From Myxococcota bacterium (lineage in GTDB: Bacteria; Myxococcota_A; Polyangia; Nannocystales; Nannocystaceae), in the NCBI GenBank assembly GCA_039194325.1, contig JBCCWC010000001.1, positions 32,001 to 96,000 of the forward strand: a stretch of DNA of 64,000 bases. Direction: 5' to 3'. A model generated the notes under the pieces. The model saw only the letters and a program-made list of their open reading frames with translations. It did no database searches and had not been told where the DNA came from. A program made the translations under genes and the position numbers. Below are positions 1 to 9,763 of the stretch, one piece after another (position 1 is the first letter of the stretch; every line of letters begins with the position of its first letter).

Positions 1-197
1 ATCACCCCGGCGCCATGCCGACAGCAGATCGAGATCGGAGGAAGCCACCGCCACAGACGATATCCACGCGGGTCGGTGCTGGCCGTCGATCTACGGTGAG
101 GATGCTCTCCGTGAATCGAGCGGATCGCACCCCCGCGGCGTGATGCGTACGTGGCCGAGTGCTACGTACGCGGGAGGTTACGGACGCGGCGGGGGGT

Positions 198-1358
198 TCA
201 TGCGGGCGGTGGAGGCGGCGGCGGCAACTCCTCCTCGGGCAGGATCACGGTCTTGGAGTAAAAGCGGATCTTGTTGGGCCCGGGGTCGACATAGCCGTCA
301 CACGACGGCGGCTGCCAGTTGTGCACGGGCGGCTCGTTGCCCAGCCTCTTGGCGGGGCAGACGACTTCTTCACGGCTGAGGTTGTCGGTGCGGGGGGTGT
401 CCACGCAGATCACGCCATTGGGCCCCCAGACCGCCTCGAGCGTGGAGCCCGGGAGCGAGATGACCTCCTGGAAGGTCATCTCGCTCCCGGGCGTGAAGTT
501 GTCGTACATCTCCAGCGAGTTGCCCGGGTAGGTGTAGGGATGGCCGTCTGCGCAGTAGTCGGCCCGGATCACGCGGTTAGCCAGGACGAAGGTGTCCAGA
601 TCGACGTGCTCGGGGTCATAGCCGTAGAGCGAGGCTTTACCAGGGGCGCTGGCGGTGCACGCGATGTGGTGAAGGGCGCCGTCGCTGAGGTACTCGATCT
701 TTCCGACGTCGGCCTTGACGCGCAGTCCGTCGTAGATCCGGGCGTAGCGCTCCAGGTTGGCGTCTTCTTCGCAGATCGGGGCGATCATGGCCCCGGTGAC
801 GGGATCGACCTTGTGGATCTCGTAGAGCGCCCCGCTGATCGGATCCTCGGCGTAGCCGACGATCTCCAGCACGACGGGGTGGGGCGGAACGCTCGGTGCG
901 CTGATGACCTCGAGCCGAAGCTGGACCCCGATGAGCGCGTCGCCCCGATAGGCGACCTCCGGATCCTCGGGGTGGGGGCCCGTGACCACGACCTCGAGCT
1001 CGTCGGCGACGAGGGAGAAGGTGGCGACGGGCTCGTTCGTTGCCGGGTTGGCCACGTTGGTCTCGACGAGCCCGTAGTGCGCGGGGTCGTCGATCGTCAG
1101 GGTGTCCACGCGGGTCTGGTAGCCGAAGCTATTGGTATGCCAGGTGCCCTGGGGCGAGTATTCGAACACGTCGCGGGCGCTGGCGCTGACCCACTGGTTG
1201 GTGTTGTAGGTCAAGACGGTGCCCGTCCCCAGGCCGCCCCGCCGGCGAAACGAGGACGTCGTTTGGGAGCTGTCGCTGGGTTGGTCACATGCGCCCGTGA
1301 CCATCGAGAGCCCCATGGCCAGGGGCAGGGCTAGGAATGCGTCGTACTTGCCGCTCAT
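198..1358 (-). CDS. ADYC-domain lipoprotein
   Basis: Signal peptide with lipobox (MVTGAC). Motif RVIRADYCADGHPYTYPGN..EAVWGPNGVIC is typical of the myxobacterial ADYC domain. Start taken at ATG 1358. Confidence 0.8.
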   Translation of the reverse strand: MSGKYDAFLALPLAMGLSMVTGACDQPSDSSQTTSSFRRRGGLGTGTVLTYNTNQWVSASARDVFEYSPQGTWHTNSFGYQTRVDTLTIDDPAHYGLVETNVANPATNEPVATFSLVADELEVVVTGPHPEDPEVAYRGDALIGVQLRLEVISAPSVPPHPVVLEIVGYAEDPISGALYEIHKVDPVTGAMIAPICEEDANLERYARIYDGLRVKADVGKIEYLSDGALHHIACTASAPGKASLYGYDPEHVDLDTFVLANRVIRADYCADGHPYTYPGNSLEMYDNFTPGSEMTFQEVISLPGSTLEAVWGPNGVICVDTPRTDNLSREEVVCPAKRLGNEPPVHNWQPPSCDGYVDPGPNKIRFYSKTVILPEEELPPPPPPPA

Positions 1359-1484
1359 CGTCGTTCTCCTGCATGCGTCCCATGCACTCCGACTACCCCC
1401 CCACACTCGACAAGTGCGCCTCGCGGGGAAAAGAATTCAGAAAAACGCTGCTCGTTCGAGACCAAGCGAGGGCGTGAACCAGGA

Positions 1485-4400
1485 ATGCGCAAAAACGCGC
1501 TGTTCTTGATTGCGTGGTGCTCTCGCTCCTTGCGAGCGGCGTCGATGCGTGGGGTGATGGTTGCGCTGGTCGTGGTGCCGGGGATTTCGCAAGAGCAGAC
1601 GCAAGAGGGCACTCCCCGCGCGGCGCCGAGTGCGGATGCTGTTCAAGCGAACATCGACACTGCCCACGACACGAGGGGTGACCAGGTCCTCGCCCCGCTG
1701 GGGGCAGGGGGGATCGTTCAAAGGGGGATCCGCGACGTCGTTCGGGAGCGGCTGTTCAACAAGGCGCCCGCCGAGCAGCGGATCGGGCGCTACATCGTGT
1801 TGCAGCGGATCGGTCGGGGCGGTATGGGCATGGTGTTCGCCGCCTACGACGAGGAGCTTGACCGCAAGGTCGCCATCAAGCTCCTCGATGCCCACGGCCG
1901 GGTCGGCGATGTGTCCAAGCTACGACTCAAGCGCGAGGCCCAGGCGATGGCTCGTCTGTCGCACCCCAACGTGGCCACGGTGCACGAGGTCGGGGAGGCC
2001 GACGACGAGGTCTACGTGGCGATGGAGTTCATCCGCGGCGAGAGCCTCGACATGTGGATCCGCACCAAGCCGCCATGGCGCGAGGTGCAGGAGGTCTTCA
2101 TCCAGGCCGGCCGGGGCCTGGCGGCGGCCCACGCTGCCGGCATCGTGCACCGTGATCTCAAGCCGCACAACATCATGCGGGGCGAGGATGGCACGGTCAA
2201 AGTGCTCGACTTCGGGCTGGCGCGCACGGACGGAGAGGAGCACTGGGAGCCCGACAGCCAGCCGGGCAGCCAGCCCGACAGCCAGCCCAGCAGCGGCAGC
2301 GGCTCGGCGCTGGCGGTGGATCTGACGCGTACGGGGGCGGTCTTGGGAACCCCCGCCTACATGGCGCCCGAGCAGCACATGGGCGAGGTTGCCGATGCGC
2401 GCAGCGATCAGTTCAGCTTCTGCGTGACGCTCTACGAGGCCCTGTACGGGCAGCACCCCTTCGATTGCACGACGCTGGCCAGCCTGGTCAACAGCGTGCG
2501 CAACAACGACCTGCGGCCGCCTCCGGCCGGGAGTGCCGTGCCCTCGTGGGTGTTTCGGATCGTCTCGCGAGGACTCAGCCACGATCCCGAGCAGCGCTGG
2601 TCTTCGGTCCAGGACCTCATCGATGCGCTCGCACAAGACCCGGCCCGCACGCAGCGTCGCTGGCTAGCGGCCGCGGGGTTGGTCGTGATCGCGGGGCTTT
2701 TGGGCTTTGGCCTCTCGGAGTTTCGCGGGTTGTGGGGGCAGATGTGCCCGGGGGCGTCTGTCCATCAAGAAGGCTTGTGGCCGGCGGCGCAGCGTGAACG
2801 GGTCATCCAGGCGTTCCAGGCCACGGGCAGTCCGCTGGCGACCGACACGGCGGCGCGGGTGACCGCCCTGGTCGACATCTACGTGCGAGCCTGGGCGCGT
2901 ATGCGGACCGAGGCCTGCGAAGCTCACCGCCAGGGTCGACAGTCCGACCGGTTCTTCGATCTGCGGACCGCGTGCCTGGACGAACGTCGCGCGGGGCTCG
3001 ACGAGCTGCTCACGGCGTTCGAGGCCGCGCACAGATCCACGGTCGAGAATGCGACCTGGGCGGCGGCGAGCCTGCCCTCGCTGTCGGTGTGTGCGGATCT
3101 CCAGGCGCTCACCGCTGCCGTGCCCCCGCCCGAGGATCGGCTGACCTCGACCGAGGTCCGAGCCCAGCGCGAGGTCCTGGCCAGCGTGGCCTCGCAATCG
3201 CTCATGGGTGCATATGACGACGCCGCCGACCAGGCCCGAAGGGTGCTCGACGACGCGAACCTGCTGGGCTACGAGCCGCTCATGGCCGAGGCTCAGCTGC
3301 GACTGGGCGCCGTATTGCTCGAAGCTCACCAGCACCAGCCGGCGCACGACATGCTCTCGGCCGCCGTCGATAGCGGCCTGCGCTCGGGTCATGACGAGGT
3401 CGTGGTGGAGGCGCTTGCGCGGCGTATGTGGGTGGCGGCCGATCCCCTGCGTCGACCCACCGAGGGCCTATGGGACGGCTCGATCGCGACGTCGCTCAAC
3501 GAGAAGATCGGGCGACCCACCCGCTTGTCTTGGTTGTTGCTCAACAACCGCGGGGCGGCTTTGTTTCGCGGGGGCCTTCACCAGGACGCGGAGCGATCCT
3601 ATCGAGATGCGCTCGCGGTCATCGAGGCCCAGGGATCTTCTCAGTACCCGGTGGAGCTCATCTCCACCCGTACGAACCTGGCGATCTTGTTGTCTAGCGG
3701 TCTGGGGCGGCCCGGGGAAGCGGCTCGGGAGTTTCGCGCGGTGAGGACCCAGACGATCGAGTTCTTGGGCCGTGGACACCCTCGGGCGTCCGGGTACTGG
3801 TACCTGGTTGCCGAGAGCCTCATCGCGGTGGGCCGCTACCGGGAGGCTCTGGACGAGCTGAACGAAGGGATGTCCACGCTGGAGCCCTCGGCTCGTTACC
3901 TGCGCGGGCTGTACTTGGTCGAGCTTTCGCACTTGCACTCGATCCTCCGTCGCGACACCCAGGCGTTCGAGCTGGCGAGCTCGGCCATGGAGCTCGGCTC
4001 GGAGGCGTTTCCCGACGATCATCTCATGTCCGCGGCTCGGTGGTTCCGCGGGATCGCCCAGATCGGCCTGGGCCAGACCGCGGCCGGAGTCGCCGATCTT
4101 CACCGTGCCGTCGAGCTGGGGCTGGAGCGCTCGGGCCCGGACCACGAGTTCGTGGCCACCGCGCGGTGGTGGGCGGGGCATGGCCTTGTGCGGGCGGGTC
4201 AGCTCGACGAGGCGATCGAGCAGCTCGAGCGCGCCCATGCGATCTTCGCGGGCCTGGGGCCCAGCGCGTCCGCCTACCTCGGGCGACAGTCGTTTCGCTT
4301 GGTGGACGCCTACCTGGAGCGAGGGGAGCTGGCGTCCGCCGAGGCCCTCATCGCCGAGACGATCCGGGCGCAGGAGCGCGCGGGGTTTCCCTCCGATGGC

Positions 4401-4736
4401 GAGCATCGGTCGCTATTGCTGATGTCGCGCGCTGATCTGTGGGCCGCCCGCGGGGAGCAGGTCCGAGCGCTCGTCGACTACGAGCGAGCTTGCGAGTACT
4501 TCGAGCGGGCGCACGATGCCGACGACCCGGTGCTGGCCCGCTGCCGTTTTGCGTGGGCCCGAGCGGTGGGCCCCGGTCCCCAGGCCAACCGGCTGGCGCG
4601 GTCGGCCCTGGCCACGTACGAGTCGCTCGGCGAGGGCTTCGCGCTCGAGCGCGCCGAGGTGGAGGTGTTCTTGGCGGACACTCCCTCGGGAGTCGAGCCG
4701 CTCGCGGCCCGTGGTCACCCCCCCGCGCGGCCGTAG
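1485..4736 (+). CDS. Membrane Ser/Thr protein kinase with extracytoplasmic TPR repeats
   Basis: GRGGMG, VAIK, HRDLKPHN, DFG and GTPAYMAPE motifs, then a TM helix and TPR-like repeats. The true start may be downstream (e.g. 1545). Confidence 0.9.
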   Translation: MRKNALFLIAWCSRSLRAASMRGVMVALVVVPGISQEQTQEGTPRAAPSADAVQANIDTAHDTRGDQVLAPLGAGGIVQRGIRDVVRERLFNKAPAEQRIGRYIVLQRIGRGGMGMVFAAYDEELDRKVAIKLLDAHGRVGDVSKLRLKREAQAMARLSHPNVATVHEVGEADDEVYVAMEFIRGESLDMWIRTKPPWREVQEVFIQAGRGLAAAHAAGIVHRDLKPHNIMRGEDGTVKVLDFGLARTDGEEHWEPDSQPGSQPDSQPSSGSGSALAVDLTRTGAVLGTPAYMAPEQHMGEVADARSDQFSFCVTLYEALYGQHPFDCTTLASLVNSVRNNDLRPPPAGSAVPSWVFRIVSRGLSHDPEQRWSSVQDLIDALAQDPARTQRRWLAAAGLVVIAGLLGFGLSEFRGLWGQMCPGASVHQEGLWPAAQRERVIQAFQATGSPLATDTAARVTALVDIYVRAWARMRTEACEAHRQGRQSDRFFDLRTACLDERRAGLDELLTAFEAAHRSTVENATWAAASLPSLSVCADLQALTAAVPPPEDRLTSTEVRAQREVLASVASQSLMGAYDDAADQARRVLDDANLLGYEPLMAEAQLRLGAVLLEAHQHQPAHDMLSAAVDSGLRSGHDEVVVEALARRMWVAADPLRRPTEGLWDGSIATSLNEKIGRPTRLSWLLLNNRGAALFRGGLHQDAERSYRDALAVIEAQGSSQYPVELISTRTNLAILLSSGLGRPGEAAREFRAVRTQTIEFLGRGHPRASGYWYLVAESLIAVGRYREALDELNEGMSTLEPSARYLRGLYLVELSHLHSILRRDTQAFELASSAMELGSEAFPDDHLMSAARWFRGIAQIGLGQTAAGVADLHRAVELGLERSGPDHEFVATARWWAGHGLVRAGQLDEAIEQLERAHAIFAGLGPSASAYLGRQSFRLVDAYLERGELASAEALIAETIRAQERAGFPSDGEHRSLLLMSRADLWAARGEQVRALVDYERACEYFERAHDADDPVLARCRFAWARAVGPGPQANRLARSALATYESLGEGFALERAEVEVFLADTPSGVEPLAARGHPPARP

Positions 4737-4837
4737 CGTCGTATGCGTATCGAGCCCCGCGGCCGGGCGAGCCGATCGGTCGATTTTCTGAGCTGATCTG
4801 CCGAGTTTTTGCCCCCGCGCCTGCCTAGGCTGGAAGC

Positions 4838-5470
4838 ATGAACGCTCGAACCCAACGCACGCAAGGCGCCTGGCGCCGGTCCATGGTCACGCTATGTTCG
4901 GCCGGGTTGGCGATCTCTTCGCTCGGTTGTGACCCGGGGGCCGCGACGCAGACGCCCGACGCCGAGCCCGAGATCCCGCTCCAGGACGCGCCCGACGCAC
5001 CGCAGAGTCTCACCCTCTCGAGTCGCGACTTCGAGGACGGCGCGGCGCTCCAGCGCAAGCACGAGTTTGCCGGCTTTGGCTGCACCGGGGACAACGTGGC
5101 GCCCCCGCTTTCTTGGGAGGGTGCGCCGTCCGAGACCGAGAGCTATGCCCTGGTCGTCCACGATCCCGATGCGCCCACGGGGGTCGGGTTCTTCCACTGG
5201 GTCGTGGTCGACATCCCCGCCGACGTGACCGAGCTAGACGCGGCGAACCTACCCTCGGGGGCCCGGGCCCTTTACACCGACTACGCCCAGACGGGCTTCG
5301 GTGGCCCCTGTCCCCCTCCCGGTGCGCCCCATCGCTATGTCTTTAGCGTCTACGCCCTCGACGTCGAGCAGCTCGAGGTCCCCGACGGCGCGACGGGGGC
5401 GCTCACGCGCTTCGTGCTGGCCAACCACACGCTCGCCTATGGGCGTTTGGTGGGGACCTACGAGCGCTGA
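4838..5470 (+). CDS. YbhB/YbcL family (PEBP, Raf kinase inhibitor-like) lipoprotein
   Basis: HDPDAPTG.GF.HW and GPCPPPG.PHRY.F.VYAL motifs; lipobox SLGC. Confidence 0.92.
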   Translation: MNARTQRTQGAWRRSMVTLCSAGLAISSLGCDPGAATQTPDAEPEIPLQDAPDAPQSLTLSSRDFEDGAALQRKHEFAGFGCTGDNVAPPLSWEGAPSETESYALVVHDPDAPTGVGFFHWVVVDIPADVTELDAANLPSGARALYTDYAQTGFGGPCPPPGAPHRYVFSVYALDVEQLEVPDGATGALTRFVLANHTLAYGRLVGTYER

Positions 5471-5484
5471 GAGGCTATGCTGCG

Positions 5485-6405
5485 ATGGTGGCCGCGCGTA
5501 CGCTTCGAGTCCCCGGCGACCTGCTCGACCAGCCCGTCTATTCCCACTGCCGGCTCGCCCAGGGCTGCGTCGTGTCCTATGCGAGCCAGCGGGGGATGAC
5601 GGCCCAGCGGGTCTTGGTCACGGAGCTGCTCGTCGTCCACGTTCGGCGCGGGCTCAAGCGTCTCCACTCGTGTCACGACCTCGACGCCCGGGATGTGCCC
5701 GCGGGGCAGCTGGTGGTCATTCCCCCGGGCTTGTGCTTCATGAGTGAGCTCGTCGAGGGCAAGGGCGTGTCCTTCACCGACTACAGCAGCACGGTGATCG
5801 CCCTTTCCGGAGACTTCCTCGCCGACAGCTCGCTCGAACCCCAGCATCAACCCCGGCAAGCCGGGGGCGCACCCGAAGGGCCACCCGACGGGCTACCAGT
5901 CGGGCCATGGGCTCCCCTGGTCGTCGAGCCACAGCCCTACCTCGACTCGGTGCTCCGCACCTTGCCGACCAAGCTCGCGTCGGCCCCCGACGATCGGCTC
6001 CTCGAGCTGCAGCTGCGCGAGCTGCTCATCACGCTCGAACACAGCAGCGCCGCGCCCTTACTCGCCCGGGTCGCTCGGGAGGTACGCTCCGACGCCGACG
6101 CGCGCCTGCGCAGCGTGGTCACCCGCCATCGCGGTGCGCCGATCCAGCTCGATGAGATGGCGACCCTGTGCGGTCGCAGCCTGTCGAGCTTCAAGCGCGA
6201 CTTCCAGCGCCTGTTTGGGACCTCGCCGGGTCGCTGGCAGCAGGACATGCGCCTGGAGCACGCCGCCGCGCTCTTGCGACGACGCGCTCACAACGTCACG
6301 CAGGTCGCGTCGATGGCCGGCTTTGGCGATCCATCGAGCTTCATTCGGGCCTTTCGAGCCAAGTACGGGATCACTCCCAAGCAGCTTCAGCTGCACGGGG
6401 CCTAG
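5485..6405 (+). CDS. AraC family transcriptional regulator
   Basis: C-terminal AraC HTH: LCGRSLSSFKRDF...RLEHA..LL...VTQVA..AGFGDPSSFIRAFR.KYG.TP. Confidence 0.92.
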   Translation: MVAARTLRVPGDLLDQPVYSHCRLAQGCVVSYASQRGMTAQRVLVTELLVVHVRRGLKRLHSCHDLDARDVPAGQLVVIPPGLCFMSELVEGKGVSFTDYSSTVIALSGDFLADSSLEPQHQPRQAGGAPEGPPDGLPVGPWAPLVVEPQPYLDSVLRTLPTKLASAPDDRLLELQLRELLITLEHSSAAPLLARVAREVRSDADARLRSVVTRHRGAPIQLDEMATLCGRSLSSFKRDFQRLFGTSPGRWQQDMRLEHAAALLRRRAHNVTQVASMAGFGDPSSFIRAFRAKYGITPKQLQLHGA

Positions 6406-8039
6406 CGGCCCGTCCTCGTTTGGCCTCGTCCGGCCCTTCGCCGAGCTCGCGCCGCGACCCCGAGCAGCAGGATCACCAGACCGGGGGGAGCGGGGGAGCC
6501 CCCGCCCCGGCAGCCGCATCCGGTGACTCGTCCGCCGCCCATGGACAAGCCGGTGGTCGGGTTGCCGGGGGCGGGGGCGGGGGAGCCGGTCGTCGAGTCG
6601 CCGCCGCTCTCGTCCACGCTCGCTGAGTCACCGCCCGAGGTCTCGCCTACGGAGGAATCACCGTCGGTGTCGGGCGGGGGCGGGGGCGGGGGAGCATCGC
6701 CGTCCCACTCGTAGGCGCCCACGTCCACGGCGTCGCCCACCGGGCGGAAGGTCCCGTCTCGGTCCAGGGTTACGCCGTCGAGCTCGACGCCCGCATCGAT
6801 AGGCTCAGAGCCCGCCACCAGGTGATAGTCGTGGCGATCGACGTCGACGAAGACCGAGGCGCCCACGGCCCGGTTGGCGCGCCCTCTGGCGGCCTCGTCG
6901 GGCAGTGTATCGCCGAGGACCAGCAGGTTCTCGACCCTTAGATCGACCGGCGGGTCGCCCCCGCCGTCAATGAAGGCCTCGGTCACGGCGGCGCCGAAGG
7001 TGCTCGCCAGCACGCTCGCGCCGGCGAGCCCGTCGGCGTAGCGCACGGCCGCGTCCACGTCGTAGAGCACCGCGGTCTGGATCCGTACCTGGGCGGGCCC
7101 CCGCAGGTCGAAGGCCACCGCGCTGTCGTAGACGGTGACCCGGTCGATCAATGCATCGACGTCTTCCTTCAGATCGAACGCGGCCTGCTGCGCGCCGCCT
7201 CCCCGGTAACCCCAGGCGATCGTGTCTTCCACCTCCACCCGCGGCGGGTCGCCTGCGCCGTCGAGGGCCTTGCCCACCCGGGTGCTCAGCGCGCTACGCC
7301 CGATCACCGTGCCGGCCGGGATCGTGCCGGCGTCCTCGTCGAGCGCGCCGGCCCAGAACAAACAGCGACGGATCCGCAGGTCGCTCCAGGCCAGCCGGGG
7401 CGCCGAGGTCTGCACCGCATCGCCGGAGGTCAGGAAGATCTGGGTGTCGCGGATCTCCACGTCGACGATCTGGTCGCCGACGAGCCCGTGGGCCTCGCCG
7501 GGCACGCCGCCGTCGTCGACCACGCAGTGGTGGATCGAGGCGTTGGCTACGAGCACTCCCGCGGTGGTGTGGAGGTCGATGCAGTCACCCCCGGCGCGCC
7601 GCACCTCCACGTCGAGCAACTCCAGGGAATCGGCGCCGTCGGCATCGATCGCGTCGCCCGCCCCGTAGCCGCCGTCGAACACCAGGCCCTGGAACGTGTG
7701 CCGCAGGTGGCGGGCCAGCAGCGCGGTGCCGCTGCCCTGCACGACCGCCTGCCCCGCGGGCTCGCCGACCACCGTGATGGGCGCCGCGTCCGTGCCGTCG
7801 GCCACCGTGGCGACGGGCCCATAGCTGCCGGGCGCCACGTGGACCACGTCGCCGGCCACGGCCACATCGAGCGCATCCTGGAGCTGGTCCCAGGGGTCGA
7901 GCCGGCTGCCATCACCGCCGGGCCCCGCGCTCGCGTCGACGTAGAGATCCGCCGCCTTGGCCGGGCCCGATCCGCCGAGCATGGTGGCCATGACCGTGCC
8001 GAGGATCCCCGAGCGCACCACCCATGCGCCCCGATCCAT
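6402..8039 (-). CDS. Secreted right-handed beta-helix (pectin lyase-like) protein with MYXO-CTERM tail
   Basis: LYVDASA..GGDGS..DPW (DUF1565-like), parallel beta-helix repeats, DYHL..GS..IDAG..D.GAYE (choice-of-anchor Q-like), and a GCGC+TM+RRR tail. Confidence 0.8.
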   Translation of the reverse strand: MDRGAWVVRSGILGTVMATMLGGSGPAKAADLYVDASAGPGGDGSRLDPWDQLQDALDVAVAGDVVHVAPGSYGPVATVADGTDAAPITVVGEPAGQAVVQGSGTALLARHLRHTFQGLVFDGGYGAGDAIDADGADSLELLDVEVRRAGGDCIDLHTTAGVLVANASIHHCVVDDGGVPGEAHGLVGDQIVDVEIRDTQIFLTSGDAVQTSAPRLAWSDLRIRRCLFWAGALDEDAGTIPAGTVIGRSALSTRVGKALDGAGDPPRVEVEDTIAWGYRGGGAQQAAFDLKEDVDALIDRVTVYDSAVAFDLRGPAQVRIQTAVLYDVDAAVRYADGLAGASVLASTFGAAVTEAFIDGGGDPPVDLRVENLLVLGDTLPDEAARGRANRAVGASVFVDVDRHDYHLVAGSEPIDAGVELDGVTLDRDGTFRPVGDAVDVGAYEWDGDAPPPPPPPDTDGDSSVGETSGGDSASVDESGGDSTTGSPAPAPGNPTTGLSMGGGRVTGCGCRGGGSPAPPGLVILLLGVAARARRRAGRGQTRTGR

Positions 8040-8078
8040 GGTCGAGTGAGGCATGGTCGAGTGAGGCATGGTCGAGTC
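8037..8078. repeat. 15-bp tandem repeat (CATGGTCGAGTGAGG) x3
   Basis: Visible directly; it creates alternative MPHST starts. Confidence 0.9.
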
Positions 8079-8346
8079 AGGGTAGGGGATCCGGTCGGGG
8101 TTGGGGCGTGGGCTCGGCGGCGGCAGGGAGCAGGCCGCTCACGCCGTAGGGGCCGACCCACGGTGCGTCGTCGCGCGCTGTTGCGCGCTTGTGCGCTGAC
8201 CAACCCGGAGTGGGACGGCCCAGGCGTTTTCTTGCCGGGAGGAGGGTGGTATACGGCGTCCGCGCCCAACCCGCTCGTCGTGCCCTCGGCATTCTCGTAT
8301 GGCGTCGAGATCGGGGCTCGACCGGAGGCGCAGGAGTGATGTCAGC

Positions 8347-9573
<1,227 letters not shown>

Positions 9574-9589
9574 AGGATTGATTGATTAT

Positions 9590-9679
9590 CTATGCCGAGG
9601 CCGGCTCGGGATGCGCGACGGCTGTCGCGCCCGGCCTCGGTCTTTCGCACGCGGCACCCAGGATGGACGAAGACCGGGG
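9590..9679 (+). repeat. 90-bp structured dispersed repeat, copy A
   Basis: 85/90 identical (manual alignment) to the reverse complement of 45629-45718. Stem CCGAGGCCGG/CCGGCCTCGG encloses GCGCGAC-GGCT-GTCGCGC. Confidence 0.9.
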
Positions 9680-9763
9680 GCCAAGGGCTCGGGCGCAGGG
9701 CCTCGCATGACCGCGCTCACTGTGCGCGGGTCGGGGGAAACGGGGTAGACTCGCCCGGCCGCC

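Noticed and set aside
1..99. Possible 3' end of a + strand gene
   Set aside because: Too short to identify, and the frame is ambiguous.
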